Of a stretch of 64,000 bases of DNA, positions 13,512 through 26,578 are shown in pieces. The notes under the pieces are model-generated. The model was not told where the DNA came from and ran no database searches. It saw nothing but the letters and a program-made list of their open reading frames with translations. Every line of letters starts with the position of its first letter. Within the stretch, counting starts at the first letter, position 1. The position numbers and the translations under genes were made by a program. The DNA is from Kudoa neothunni (Eukaryota; Animalia; Cnidaria). The stretch lies in the NCBI GenBank assembly GCA_964304625.1, contig OZ199838.1, positions 12,901,843 through 12,965,842 of the forward strand. The letters run 5' to 3'.

Positions 13512-16321
13512 AGTTTAATTGAATATAGAATCACTACCCAACTCTACAAATAAAACTGTATGTCAATACACGTATTATTTATAGATTAATTAAAATTTTC
13601 GTTTTACACGATGATCATCCGAAACCTTGTTCATTAATCCCTTTCAACTAATTTTCTACCTGTAATTTAAATCTGGCGTATAATTATGATTGAAATATTC
13701 CACTCTACTTCAGCTGTCATCCGGCAACAACAGAGCGCCTTTCTAGAGGCCCCAATAATTTAACGTTATCACCCTAATTTCTATTAATATGCTTAACTTA
13801 TCCATTCAAATTATGACTAGAGGATTTATTCTCGTGTAATTAGTAATATTTTATTACGTAAAATTAAAAACAATATCAACTAAAGAGTATACTACTTGTT
13901 GGCTATGAAAATGGTACGCTTGTTTCAGACCATCCATCTGATTGGAAATGTGTTAATCCTTTGGATGAGATTCACTGGTAGTAACCTATCTCCAAACATT
14001 TATTAGCTGCATTCTATTATCAAAAACGATTCTACATATTTTTTTATTACTCATTAACTTAGGTAATAAAATTAAACCTAAAGTCAACCTTTATCAATCC
14101 TTTGTTTCCACTCGTGGTTTCCTAATACAATACACGCTTATAGTTATTGAATCCAGTCTCCTAATATTATTATTAATATCATTGAAATTTTTAGGGAATT
14201 TCCGTTGCTATGGTAACTAATTGCGATTTAATGAAAAATGACATTGTGGCGAATTATATTGATTTGACTATATTTGTCGTGATATACAAAATTTGTTGGG
14301 GTCGTTATTTGTACAGCAAAACTTTGTATTGAATCTATAAAAGAGGGATATACGAGTAAATATGATCTGCGCACGCACAATAACGAATTAGGATTAAATT
14401 TTACACATTTGTGACAATCGCTGAAAATGTTTCTTTCTTAAATTATGATTATTCAAATTAAGATATAAATTATTATAATGTTGATAAACAAATTTTAATC
14501 ATTTTATTTTCCTATAAGAATTATTTTTACACAATTATAATCAATTGTGTGGAAGCAGTGTCGTTAGCTGTAGCTTTTATTGATATGAAAATGAGACTGT
14601 ATGTGGAATTTAAAGTTAATCTAGAATATGAAAAATTTGATTTAAGTTGTATTTGCATATAGATATTGGTCATGTGTACACTTCAATCTACGTTCAATCC
14701 AAGATTAATGTCTTTAAATTCGAATTATCGTCCATTTATTATACACCTAGCTTAGCTCAATGTAGAATTTATCTTTAATTTTTTGGAATATGTAAATTCA
14801 TAAATTTTCTAATTGTAGTTTGAGTTATACATTAAAAATAATCGTTTATTTTTTCAATCGCTATATTATGTCGTCAAAAGAATACACTATTCAGTTTATT
14901 ATAGATATTCTGACGATTAAACTTTAATAGGGATGACGTTCTGCTTACGAGAATAATTGATACTAATCGGTCACAGATGATAAATGTTCGGACTTTTATA
15001 TGATACTACATAGATATATGTGTTTTTTATTAATTCGAACGTGATATTTTAATCATTTAATAATGAATTTTTTTGGTTATCTTTTAGTAAAAATTTGACA
15101 TGATGGAAATTAATAAAGAAAGTTCCTGCGTACGATATGCATAATTAAAGATGTTTACCTATCAAATGATTTCATTTCCGTTGTGTGTGAAAAATTTTGT
15201 GTTTTAAAGAAGCTATTAAATAAGTTTTTGTAAAAAGTAATGGAGGAATGATGGAGATGTTTAATGGCGACAGCAATGATTGAACTATTAATGTAGGAAT
15301 ATTATAATTCAAAAAATGAAAGATGTAAGTAACTATGGTTTTGGGGGAAATGATGATCTCAAGATTATTAATCTGATAAAATAAAAGATTTACAAAGCAT
15401 TAGGATTATAAGATTAAAATAACAAGATAAAATCCGTAATTATTGCGAAAGATTCATGATGATATGTAAACAATTTTAAATATGGAATTGATGCTTGGAT
15501 TTTCTAAGATTATAGTCTTAAATTAAATACATAGAAATTTTTGTATAACGTCTTTTATATTTTAAGGGCGTTTCTACTTATTTACTGAAACTAAGCAATA
15601 TTTTAGTTACTTCTGGCTGATAATGTGCTTGAAGCAGTAGATTTTGTCAAAGAAAATATATTGCATTTTAATAATCGACCATTCATCCTTTGATATTTGC
15701 TCAGTATTTTTAACAGCTTCCTGACCAAATTTTTCCTGTGGTCTCTAGGTAATATATTACGAAAAAAAGGTTCAAGATAACGATTTAAAGAGTTATATTG
15801 TTTAGAATAATTTTTGTCGGCCATTATCATTGAATTATTGAAATAAATATAAATCTTACATTTATGCGGAATAATCACGTAAAAATTTTACCCCGTCTTT
15901 GAAATGTATTGAAAATCTATTTTATATCTGATTCATAAACAATGGCTTGACCCTTAACGGCTAACCATTGGATTCGCGCGTCCATCTTCCTATTATTTTG
16001 TTGTAAAACCTGATATATTTTGTGTAATTTCGCCAGATCTATAACTTATTTTTTTATATCAGTCGGTAGATAAAGTTTTTTTAAAAATGTAGATGAAATT
16101 CTGGCGAATACACACAAATATATAACATGCATAACAACAAAATTTATACCAAAAAAATAATATAAAGGTGGCCACGTGGAGTTTAAGATTATCCTTTAAG
16201 GATTAATACAACCAATATGATTACATAGATCATTTTTTCTGCATGCGCGCTAATTTTGATGTCAACTTCTCATTTTAATAATTATATCACGTCTAAAAAT
16301 ATTTTAAACTTAAAATTTTAA

Positions 16322-18389
16322 CCCTTTTAAGCTCTATTTTTTGTTTTTCTTAAAAAATATATATTGTTAATGGGATATCTATTAGTAAAAACTTAAAATT
16401 GGAATTTGGAAAAATAATTTGATTATGCAGATTTTTTAAATTTTTTTAATGTGCGTTTAAGTTCACACTGGGACTAAATGTTAAAAAAGCTGAAAATAAA
16501 TAAAAGTTTCGAAACAACTATTCTAACATTAGATTTAATAAATAATTATTTTAAATTTCAAAATTCGTAAAAAATTGTTAACGAATAACCCTAAAAACAG
16601 CATGTCTCCCATGAACCATTTCCAAATTAGTTTCATTTCTCTTGGTAATACTACATAAATAGAGTTATGTTGTTGACATAACGCATTTTTTTATTTCTAA
16701 TTTATATTTTGTACGCATTGGTTCGGCTTGTTTAATTTCACTAAGATTATAAGACAAAATGACATAATAATTTGCAAGAAAAGCACAATATAATAACACG
16801 TATCGATTAATTCAATCTAATTAATTTCGTTTTGGACGAAATTAGTAAAAACAATTCCTTTCTTTAATCAGAAAACATTTTGTTTTGCATATAATGCATT
16901 TGATTCGCATGACTTTTTGCAAAGTTTGTATCTATTGCGTGTGGGCGTGACTTCGAGGGAATGCCCAACATTATCGAATCGGATATCGTCAGAAAGAAAG
17001 GAAGACAATTTTTCGGCCTGTTGAATTTTCCAGTTCATTCTCTACCAATAATGATAGTCTCCCGCGCTTTAACATTACATTTATTCCTTTTTTATAAATA
17101 TTAAAGCCACATACTGAATAGCTGAAACTCAGTAAATAAAATATTTCGCTCTATTTTATTTTTCTTGATTTACTATTCCTCTTGTATAATAGCCAAGGGT
17201 TCACCATAGCTGTATTTATTCCCCAATAAAATATCCTCAAGTTAACATTCTTAGCCCTCATTTTGCAGGTTTTCTAGGCATAAATTGCTTTGAACAACAC
17301 CTACCTTTAAATGGTATCATCTGTTCATCTACATACAACTTCCTTTCGGGTTAAATCTTTAAGAAATTTGAACTTAAATGATACAAAAATTGTCTTATTT
17401 TTGAAATCCTATCAAGATCAGGGTTGGATTGTTTAGTGACTTTTTCGTCATTGTTTTTGAAATGACGAAATTCTGAAATCAACTCAAATCTATGGCGTGT
17501 GAACACGTTTGCAGTTGGCTCAAAATTAAAACATTTTTGCGAATAACATCGATATCTAGACATCCTTACTATATCCATTAAGATGAGAACCCCGATATAC
17601 TTTTCTATTTCATCATTATCAATTTTGAAAATGAATAGACCATCTGGAATAAAGGTTTGTTTGTTCAATCATCAAATCTATGAAGGATTTATTGATAAAT
17701 TTGTCGAAGTGATCTATAGGATTAAAACGTGCATTTGTTTCTCCATAATAGCACCCTGAATTCTCAAAATCAGCAGTATGATCTAAAGATGCTTTCTCTA
17801 TATTAAAATTAAACATGAAATCCGAGTTTCATCTATCTTCGTCGGTACCATCATTACGAATTTTGGAGTAGTCAGCGCATTTTTCAAAAGTATCCATACT
17901 TTCATTCTCTGGACATACCTCGGGTAGAATAGCTATTTCTTCTTCAATTTTTCCACGTTCCGCAGGTATGTCCAAAATATCGTAATGAATATCTCCAACA
18001 CATGTGCGCCACGAGATCCCAGTGTGCATCTAAATGCACAAGCTATAATACTCAAATAACTATTTATTCTTGTAACCTTCCCCCAAAATACTCTTATATA
18101 TATTATTATTTGTTATTAACAGTTCAAAATATTTTTTAAAGTTGACATTGATAATTAACAGTGATCAATTTTGTGTGTAATCTTTCACATTTGGAGCATG
18201 CTCAATATATAGATGAAAAACTTAATATTTTCTTAAATTTTCTAGGAAAATTATTCACACTTTTAAATAGTAAAGAAAATTAAATATTGATTATGATACA
18301 TTAAATGTGTCGTACGAAAAAGTGGTCTTGTGTATTAAAAGATTGCGCTTCCCTTATGTACATTCAAATGAACACTAGACACGAAAGGG
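16322..18389 (-). mobile_element. piggyBac element, internally deleted and decayed
   Basis: TTAA-CCCTTT ends (TTAA at 16318-16321 and 18390-18393). Remnants: PIDHFDKFINKSFIDLMIEQTNLYS, EIEKYIGVLILM, RHRFELISEFRHF, VDEQMIPFKG, DIRFDNVGH and a C-terminal Cys-rich remnant near 16850-16990. Subterminal motif near 16451, 18017 and 18357. Confidence 0.82.
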
Positions 18390-19598
18390 TTAAGTAGAGG
18401 TATAACAGATTGCTATTCTACATCTAAAGATATTTATAATTAAAACTTTAACAGGAGGTACTACAGATTACTTTTCCATATTTAAGGATATTTCAAGCGG
18501 AACCTTTTGGATAAAAGTACACCAGATTGAGTTCCGGTATATACAGTTTTCCCCTGAAGTAAATATATTACATGATCATAGATAATGACAACGTTAATTT
18601 ATAAAATAGTTTACAACAATAATCTTTGTATAAATTTTTTAAATTAATCTTCCAACTCATCAAAAACATATATAATTTATTTTTAAACTATGAGAAATTC
18701 TATTTTAACAAAAATTTTATAGAATTTATTACGACTGTGTATAAAAATAAGTTAGTTGTTTAAAATAGCGCTATTTTGAATTTTTAGTATGTATTCTAGT
18801 GTTATAATTCGTTAAAATTATTTTTATTTTTTCTTGATTAGATAACAATCATTATAACATTACTAACCTATTTTGGAGAAAATATTCAAAGTAGAGCGCG
18901 ACGGAGATGCAATTTTTCCGTTTATTCATTTAATTTTCAAATGAACTTTAAGTAGGATAGGGTGTTAAATTTTTAAAACTGTATTGTTATAAAAAAATGA
19001 TTTTTTTATATAATAGTTATATTAATTCTACATGATATTATATTAAGGATAATTAAATAATTAGTTTGTTTCTCCGATAATTTTGGAACAAATATTCATG
19101 TTACCAGATAAATATAAACTTAAAAATATTCAAGGGACTTGAACTCAGATATAAAACTAATTTATAAATATTTTGAAACACCATTTTCAGGTTAAAAAAT
19201 TATTATTTTATTGTTAATTTTAAATTTAAATTTTAGAAGAGATTTTCTTATTATTAAAGTTTTTATAAGGTTCAGTTTGATTGGTATATGAAATAATTTA
19301 AAAATGCGTTTTGGTTATATTTTCTTTACGGTGAACATTAATTTTTCCTCCTAAATCTAAAAAATTATATAGTTTATAAAGAATTGTAAATATTGTAGAT
19401 ACTAATTAAATTATTCTAAAAAAATTCTTGGTTAATACAAAGCATATCAATAATTGAATTACTAAACTTTTTCATAATGTATAAGGTAAAAAATTTCAAA
19501 TGAAACACTTTGGAAAATATTATGAAATAATAAAATAAACATAAGCTGCGATGTTGTAGCCATGGTCCTTGCGTAGGGTGGCATGTATTTTATTAGTC

Positions 19599-21040
19599 TC
19601 ATCCATCGGCGGTAATGTTTTCAATCATAACAGCTTGATCTTTGTTATAATGACCCTGACAAATAGTTTGACACTGTTGTCCTGTTTCAAAATTGTTTGA
19701 ATTGCCATCGTAACCCTTGTACTTAAATTCTTTGCATTTGTGTTCAGTTTTATCATAATAGAACCTCTTGACATGAAAAGTTCCTGTTTCCCATTCTCCC
19801 TCTTTAGATTTGGTACACGCTTCTTCAATTACAATTTGCTTTTTGTAGTTCTCTAAAGTTATTTTACATAATTCGATCCTATAAATTGCTTAACTGTTAT
19901 CATTGGAACTTTAGTGGGGTAAATTTAATAGAAATGATAACAAAAAATGGTACCCGCACCGCAATAACTGTGGCACATTTCCATAGTTGGAAAGTTATTT
20001 TCATCTGGGTTGAATTCAGAGTTTTCATCTGTTCGCGGCCCAGTTTCCATACGTTTGCATAATTTATCATTGGAATCGTAATAATATCTATAGACAATAT
20101 TGTTTCCCCCCTTTGTCGTTCCCATTGCATACTGAAAAGGGTCACTTTTACATGCTTTGACTTTCTTTTTTTTATCATTTACATCAGTTACATTGTAATC
20201 ATATGCTAAAATAGTTCAAAAATTTATAATAATTATTAAAAATACGAAAACATTTGTTGACACATTCATGGAAGGAGTTAAATAATCCTCTTGTGTTTGA
20301 ATCTATGGAGACAGCAGCATAAGCACATTTTTGTCTCCCAATATCAGCAATAATTGCTGTGCTTGGATCTTTTTCTTTGACGTCTGGTCTCAGTGTACAA
20401 TCCAAATAATTTGGTACTTTATAATCTTGGTGGTTTTGAACCTTATGTATATTGGTATCATCAGCGTTAGTAAGACCCCCATTCTTTTTATCTAGCACGC
20501 ATTATTTTATATATTCAAAAAGTTATGCCAATTACTCAAGCAATATAACAAACATTCTGTTTCATTTTTGTATCGGTTAAAACTTCCACCACATCCATTA
20601 TAGTCAAATTGCTTGCACGAGGCAGACGTTTGATCAAAGTAGTAATATGTTTCTATCTTTTTATTTTTGACACAATGTCCTGGATGCATTGGTTTTTTAC
20701 AACCTTGAAGTTTTTCCCTTTCAGTTAATTTTCCTTAAGTTATCGTAATAAGGTTGTCCGCTCAAAGAATTTACCGTGCATTTCACAAAGTCCTTTTGAT
20801 GCGAAATTGTTGTAATTTCCCTTGATACCACGGTATTCGAGAGGTTTGCATTTAGCATCATTGATGTCAATAAACCAACGATCAATAACGTTGTTCATGC
20901 TTCTTTGACCTCCAACAGGCCAGTCCCCTTCATCCCTTTCGTAAGATGGTAATATTGGATCTAGACAAAAAATTAATAAAAGGATAATTAAGTGACCAAA
21001 CCTGAGAAGCAATATTTTATAGATAAAATAAATATTTCAT
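19599..21040 (-). CDS. Probably secreted protein with five tandem Kunitz/BPTI-like domains
   Basis: In-frame GT-AG introns of about 40-44 nt (e.g. 20961-21001, 20734-20774) and one of about 100 nt. Kunitz motifs: RWFID..CKPLEYRGIKGNYNNF..C; GHC..YYFD..CKQFDYNGCGGSFNRY..ECLLYC; RYYYD..C..NNFPTMEMCHSYC; RFYYD..CKEFKYKGYDGNSNNFETGQQCQTIC. TGA at 19599 is followed by AATAAA. The ATG at 21040 needs a 1-nt homopolymer correction to give MKYLFLSIKYCFS-DPIL. Confidence 0.85.
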
Positions 21041-21430
21041 AAAATAAATAATTCATCTAATTTTATGGATACAATTAAATAATATAAATTGAACCGAAGA
21101 CAAACAATCCTCGGTTTATTTATTATTGAAAAAAATAACTCGATACATGAATAAGATTATAGATAAATTCAATAAACATTATTATATTGTTACTAGTTTA
21201 TACTTTGATCTATATGAAATTAAATATATTGATCTAATAATTAGAGGTAGACTTGATGTAATTTTCGAATAATCAGAATAGGGAAATACATCACCAGTCG
21301 ATGGTGGAACTATCAACTACCTACATAAAACAAACACCAAACTAAAGTCTGATTCAGAGTCAATAGGTAATTTTTTGCCAAAAATTTAAAGAGAACAAAT
21401 TAAATACACAAAATTAATTAAAACTAAGAG

Positions 21431-22616
21431 CTAGTTATTTTTAGTTCTCCTGATAGTGAAAAATCTTTTCGGTTTTTTTAGGATCGACTTGTTGTTTAGG
21501 TTTGATTCGCCTTTATCAAAATAAATGGAGTTATATTGGAAAAAAGATTTTCTTCTTTGGGGTTTAATAAGAGGAGCTTCCAAATTTTTGTGATTTGTTG
21601 GTTCAGTGAAAGAACGCGAAAAATTTGGTTCTTCCTTATTTTTTAGATTTTTACAGTAATTGAGTACATCTTTTATAATTTTTCCTGAGATGTGTGATTT
21701 TATACAGAAAATTCCCGAATTTGGTGAGTCACATGTATTAGTCTGGCGGGATAGTACTCGATCAACCTCCACCAAAAAACAATCCTTGGTTGAACCGAAG
21801 CGAGAGCATGAAGACAAAGGCCATGCCACACAAGTTCGATCAACCCCACCAACAGTCATAATCGCAGGTTTCAGACAAATGCAACCATTCTGAATGGTCA
21901 TAACAACACTGTCTCCATGTTCAAACGGAAAGTATTTTGGAGGAAATTGCATTGTACCAACGTAGTCTGAAAAAATTTTAGCCGTAAATAATCTTTAAAA
22001 TTAACTTACATATATCAGCATCAGTTTTAGAACTATCACAAATACCACCACCAGATGCAGCTGAAAAATTAAAAAGATCTAATCTGTCATATCTTGGATT
22101 CTAAAATACAAACGTGGAAAAATTTTAAACAATTCAAACTTACCACTGTTGTATAAAGTGGAGATTCTTGAATTCGGTCTATGAGTTCACCATCCAACAA
22201 GGTATTCTCTCGCATATAGTCCTTAGCTTTGGATATCTCATCAAACCATTCCGTAAGACAATAAGCGTTTTCAATTGAAAGATGTAAAAGTTGATTATTG
22301 GCGTTATTCTTGTAGCTGTATTGTAGTTGAATAATTTTTCTGTCTTTTCTTGATATATATTTCATTCCAGTTATTGTTTTAATATCTACACATGTGACCA
22401 TATAGTCATCATCGAGGTTTTTAATATTTTTCTTAAAAAATAGCGTGTATTCATCAATCATAGGTGATTCCGTGGATTTCTTTTTAAACAAAACAAACCA
22501 CTGGCATCTCCAAGCCTATAAAAAATAAGTCACCTAGATATGACGAATTGATTTATACTTTAGTGAGCAGTGACTTTCTTTCCAAATACAAAAATCCCTC
22601 CTTTTACTACACTCAT
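21431..22616 (-). CDS. DOK-like docking protein (PH domain + IRS-type PTB domain)
   Basis: PH: MSVVKEGFLYL (after removing one base of the T-run 22602-22605), intron, AWRCQWFVLF...LTEWFDEISKA. Linker ESPLYT. PTB: VAWPLSSCSRFGSTKDCFLVEVDR..CDSPNSGIFCI (cf. WPxxxLRRYGxxxxxFSFEAGRxCxxGxGxF). A further 3' exon near 21240-21320 is possible. Confidence 0.72.
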
Positions 22617-24154
22617 CTTTGGTTTTATATCGCTTATTTTATCACTTAAAATATTGACAACTCTTTTAGAGCTATTCAGGTCAAAGGGTATGACTGGTAC
22701 GAAGATGGAACCGTCAGATTAACCTGAGACAACACTTAATAAAGTATATGGCAGAAAATTGATTTTATTTTCAAAATATTCCTTATAACGGGATTTTTCA
22801 GATAAACAAACTGTCACAACTTTCCTTAGTAACCACCACTGCTTTAGTAGCTATGTAGAGCTTTATTAAGTTAACTCTGTGGATTAATTTACACATTTTG
22901 CCAAAGTAGTAATTAAAGGAATTTTGTATTTTCCCAGCTGAAATGAGATAAGCTGATATATTGTATTCTAATTTACATATAAATAAGGAATTGTTAAAAT
23001 AATTTTTATATATTATTATAAAAGATGTTGTCTTGTTAACACATTTCTAAATCGTTTGTTTTCACTGAGTGAGATTTAAGGTATTAACTCCCAATCAGTT
23101 CTTGTAATGGAGACATTATTGAATCCTTATAAATGTTTTTATTTAATTTTCTGTGCCAAATTTTTATAAGAAAATAAATAAAATATCTTCCAACGAATTA
23201 CTTAAATGCAATAACAGTTGAATATGAGTTATAAATTTCTCAATCATGATTACCAATGCCCCACTAATCAATACACGGATAATATGGAGCCTACACTAAT
23301 AAAATCAAGTTTAATTTTAATACTTTAATGAAACTTGTAGGCGTCTGTTAACTATAAGTGTAATAAAAACGACTAGCTGCTATATTTAGTTGATTTTTTG
23401 TATTCTCTAAAGTAATAATTCATTTATTTTATTTCCATTAAGTTTTTCCAATTAAATGAGTAATACTGGTTTCCATGTTTCATATAATAAAGTTAAACCA
23501 CTATCAACCGAATCAGAGCTAGCTATAATCAAATCTTATTTATGCAAGCTTTATTATTGTTACAACATAGAAAATAAAAATTATTAATCAAATAGATTTG
23601 GCGTATTTAAAACATCCTGGATTCAAATATTTTGATAATTTTGGTCCGTTGATAAAATTCGTTAATTTAAGGACCATGCATTTAACGTCATCGCCTATTT
23701 TAAAATAAATAGAGATCTGAAAACCAAACTCAATCAGATTTTGAAAATTATAAAATTCAGAACTTAATTTTTCCACTTTTATTTGGCGCATTTATGCTGA
23801 AGATGTTGAAGACCTTGCGCGTTCTTGATTAAATTCGGTTCTCACCCAGAGAGCCTTGGAAGATGGTGGTACAATCTTTCGCAGCTATATATCGCTCAAG
23901 CTACTCATACTGCCAAATTAAATGCCAAATATTATACATTCGACTCTCAAATTATGTTTTCTAAAGGTTTATTGAAATAAATTAAAACTTTTTATATAAG
24001 AGAAATTTGATATTTTTTATTTATATCGATTTCTTAGTTCCTATAATATTTTAACTGCAATAATAAAATTTAATAAAAAAATTTTTAAAAATTAATACTA
24101 GATTATAAGATTTTTTCCAAAAATTAAACGACAAATATTACTAAATATACTTTA

Positions 24155-24773
24155 CAGTAGGTAACCGATTTTTCGCATTTTATGCGAGCGCCACGGGGAA
24201 AGATTATGTTTGTCTCTACAAATTTATACGACGATATTATTCTACCCCTCATTTTATTTAAATTATATTATTAAATGATATATTACGTTCAATTCACTGT
24301 ATAATTAAGGGTCCTTATGAACCAATCTAAATTATAGGATGTACGACGTACATCCTATAATTAAAAAAAGAATTCTCGTCAATACGTTTCCATTAATTAT
24401 TATTAATATGGCTACATCTATTAAAATTATTACATTATTATAATTCTCGTATTTCTCTTGACGTAGAATACCTTCAGTAAGTACACAAAATAACATGATA
24501 AAGTAGCAAGTAAATGTTTGTAGATGGGATTTGTACCCATGCGGAAATCCGAATTACCGGAAAACAATATGTATGTTTATCAAAGATAACAAAATTTGAT
24601 TATTAAACAACAGCTTTAAGGAGAATAATGCGGAAAATATACATACAATACACAAGTTTGCCATCCAACTAAAGGAAAATTATTTTTATCGCATGCTCAT
24701 CAAAGCAAAAATAGGGTTAAAGGCGGAGAAATGTGCGAAAAATAGGTCAATATAGAAAATCAGTAAACTACTG
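24155..24773. mobile_element. Non-autonomous pogo/Tc1-type MITE
   Basis: Left end TA-CAGTAGGTAACCGATTTTTC; right end reverse complement CAGTAGTTTACTGATTTTC. No ORF. Confidence 0.55.
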
Positions 24774-26578
24774 TTTTATTCCATAAAAATTACTATTTTT
24801 TGTTAAATATGTAATAAGTTATATATTTATCAAACAAGAAAAATATCTGGTAAAAAATTAAGAAATGACATGCGCCAGTGGTTATCTGATAAAAACGTTG
24901 TTTCCAATTTATTTCATATAAATCATTTTTCAAATAACTTGAATAATTTTCTATAAAACGTTTAAAGTTACTAATACTTTAAAATAATCTAATGGTAGCT
25001 TTATTTAAATATTCTTTCTCTTAGCTTATAAATGTGCAGAAATTTTGTTTGGAACTTATTTTAATTTTTTGTATCTGACACAATTATTAGAAGAATCACT
25101 ATAAAAAATTATTAATTGAGAAAAAAAGTATTTTAACTTCAATGTAATGCAGTTATGAAGTTTCATTAACGTTTATAAGGTCAAGTAAGTTAAACATGGT
25201 ATCATATAACTTCGATTATACGTAAAAATTGGAATCTGTTATTTTTATTTTATTTTCAAACGGAAGCATTATGTTAAATCAAAATAGAGATGCGTGTATG
25301 TTTCTATATTTTTTGTTTCTAATTATTTTAGTAATACGTTGGATATGAATTAATTCACCTTCCACCACCATTAAAATGAAATATATTTTTGAGTAAATCC
25401 GGCAATATTTGGAGGCTTTGAAAATACTCATTTAATAAAATATTTATTAAATAATGTAGTACTTTCAAAGATCAGTTGTTTTTTTATTTCGCTTGTTCCT
25501 TTCAATTTTATTAATTTCACCTGTTATAACATAATTTAGCATTCATAATTCATTTGCTAGTTCAACATTAAATATTTTTCTGCTTAGCTTATTAAACAAT
25601 AATTTAAATATTGATGCTAGCGCCTGTATTTCGAATAATTAATATATCATGAACCAGAAATCGAATAGAAATTAATATTTAATTTTAATAAATACAAAAG
25701 GGTGATAATTAATAAATGTGTTGACGTTTAATTTAATTTTTCACTCATTATTGTTATTTTGCTTAAAGCTATAAAGAAGATTTCACTATCTTTATTTGAA
25801 AACGAGAGAAAAATTTATTCAGAATAATCAAAAATTTGTTTTCATGTAAATTCAATGTAAATCTATTATTAAAATTTTAAAATCCTCCCAATTAATCGTG
25901 GTACGAGTGTAAGTTTATTATTTTGTTTAATGGAATCAGACATTACTTCAGTAGCGCTTCAGCTTTCTTATATTAAAAAATAATAAAATTCGATTTGGCA
26001 CACATCAAATAATTCGATATAAAGAATTATTTTATTAAAGCACCCAAAAATCGGTTTAGTGGAGCTCTTTGTATGTTATTGGATTTATCTAGAGAAGTCA
26101 ATCTATATAACATCCTTTGTACAATCGAATCCCGTTTATCTGAAAATGTTGGGGCCCGATATTTTCCTTCCGGGTACTGAAATTTCGGTTAAACGAAGTT
26201 TGATGAATGAGCATGGGCGATGGTAAAAAATTGTAGGTTGGTTGCATATTTTATTTTTCATGATTTAATGTTTGTTTTATATTTTTAACGAATATTTTAT
26301 TATATATAAGTTATACTAGTTAATATAATGTGAAAACATTAGTTTAAGGTAGAGTAGTTCTAGATCCAGCGTAGCCGTCGCACGTATGCTACAGATGTGT
26401 GCGATTTTAACACCACCGCGCCGTATTTGAATGATACATTCTAGATTATAAAAAATAGACTATTATTATTAATCCTTTTATAATTTCTTCTCAATATGGA
26501 TATTGAGAGCTGTACCAATAATGATGGTAAGAATAATTAAAGTAACAATGAGGGGTATTTTCCTAGAATTCTCCTTAA

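Noticed and set aside
24519-24560. tRNA-like 3' half on the minus strand (CGCATGGGTACAAATCCCATC)
   Set aside because: T-loop is mutated and there is no D-arm or acceptor partner; at most a SINE or tRNA scrap.
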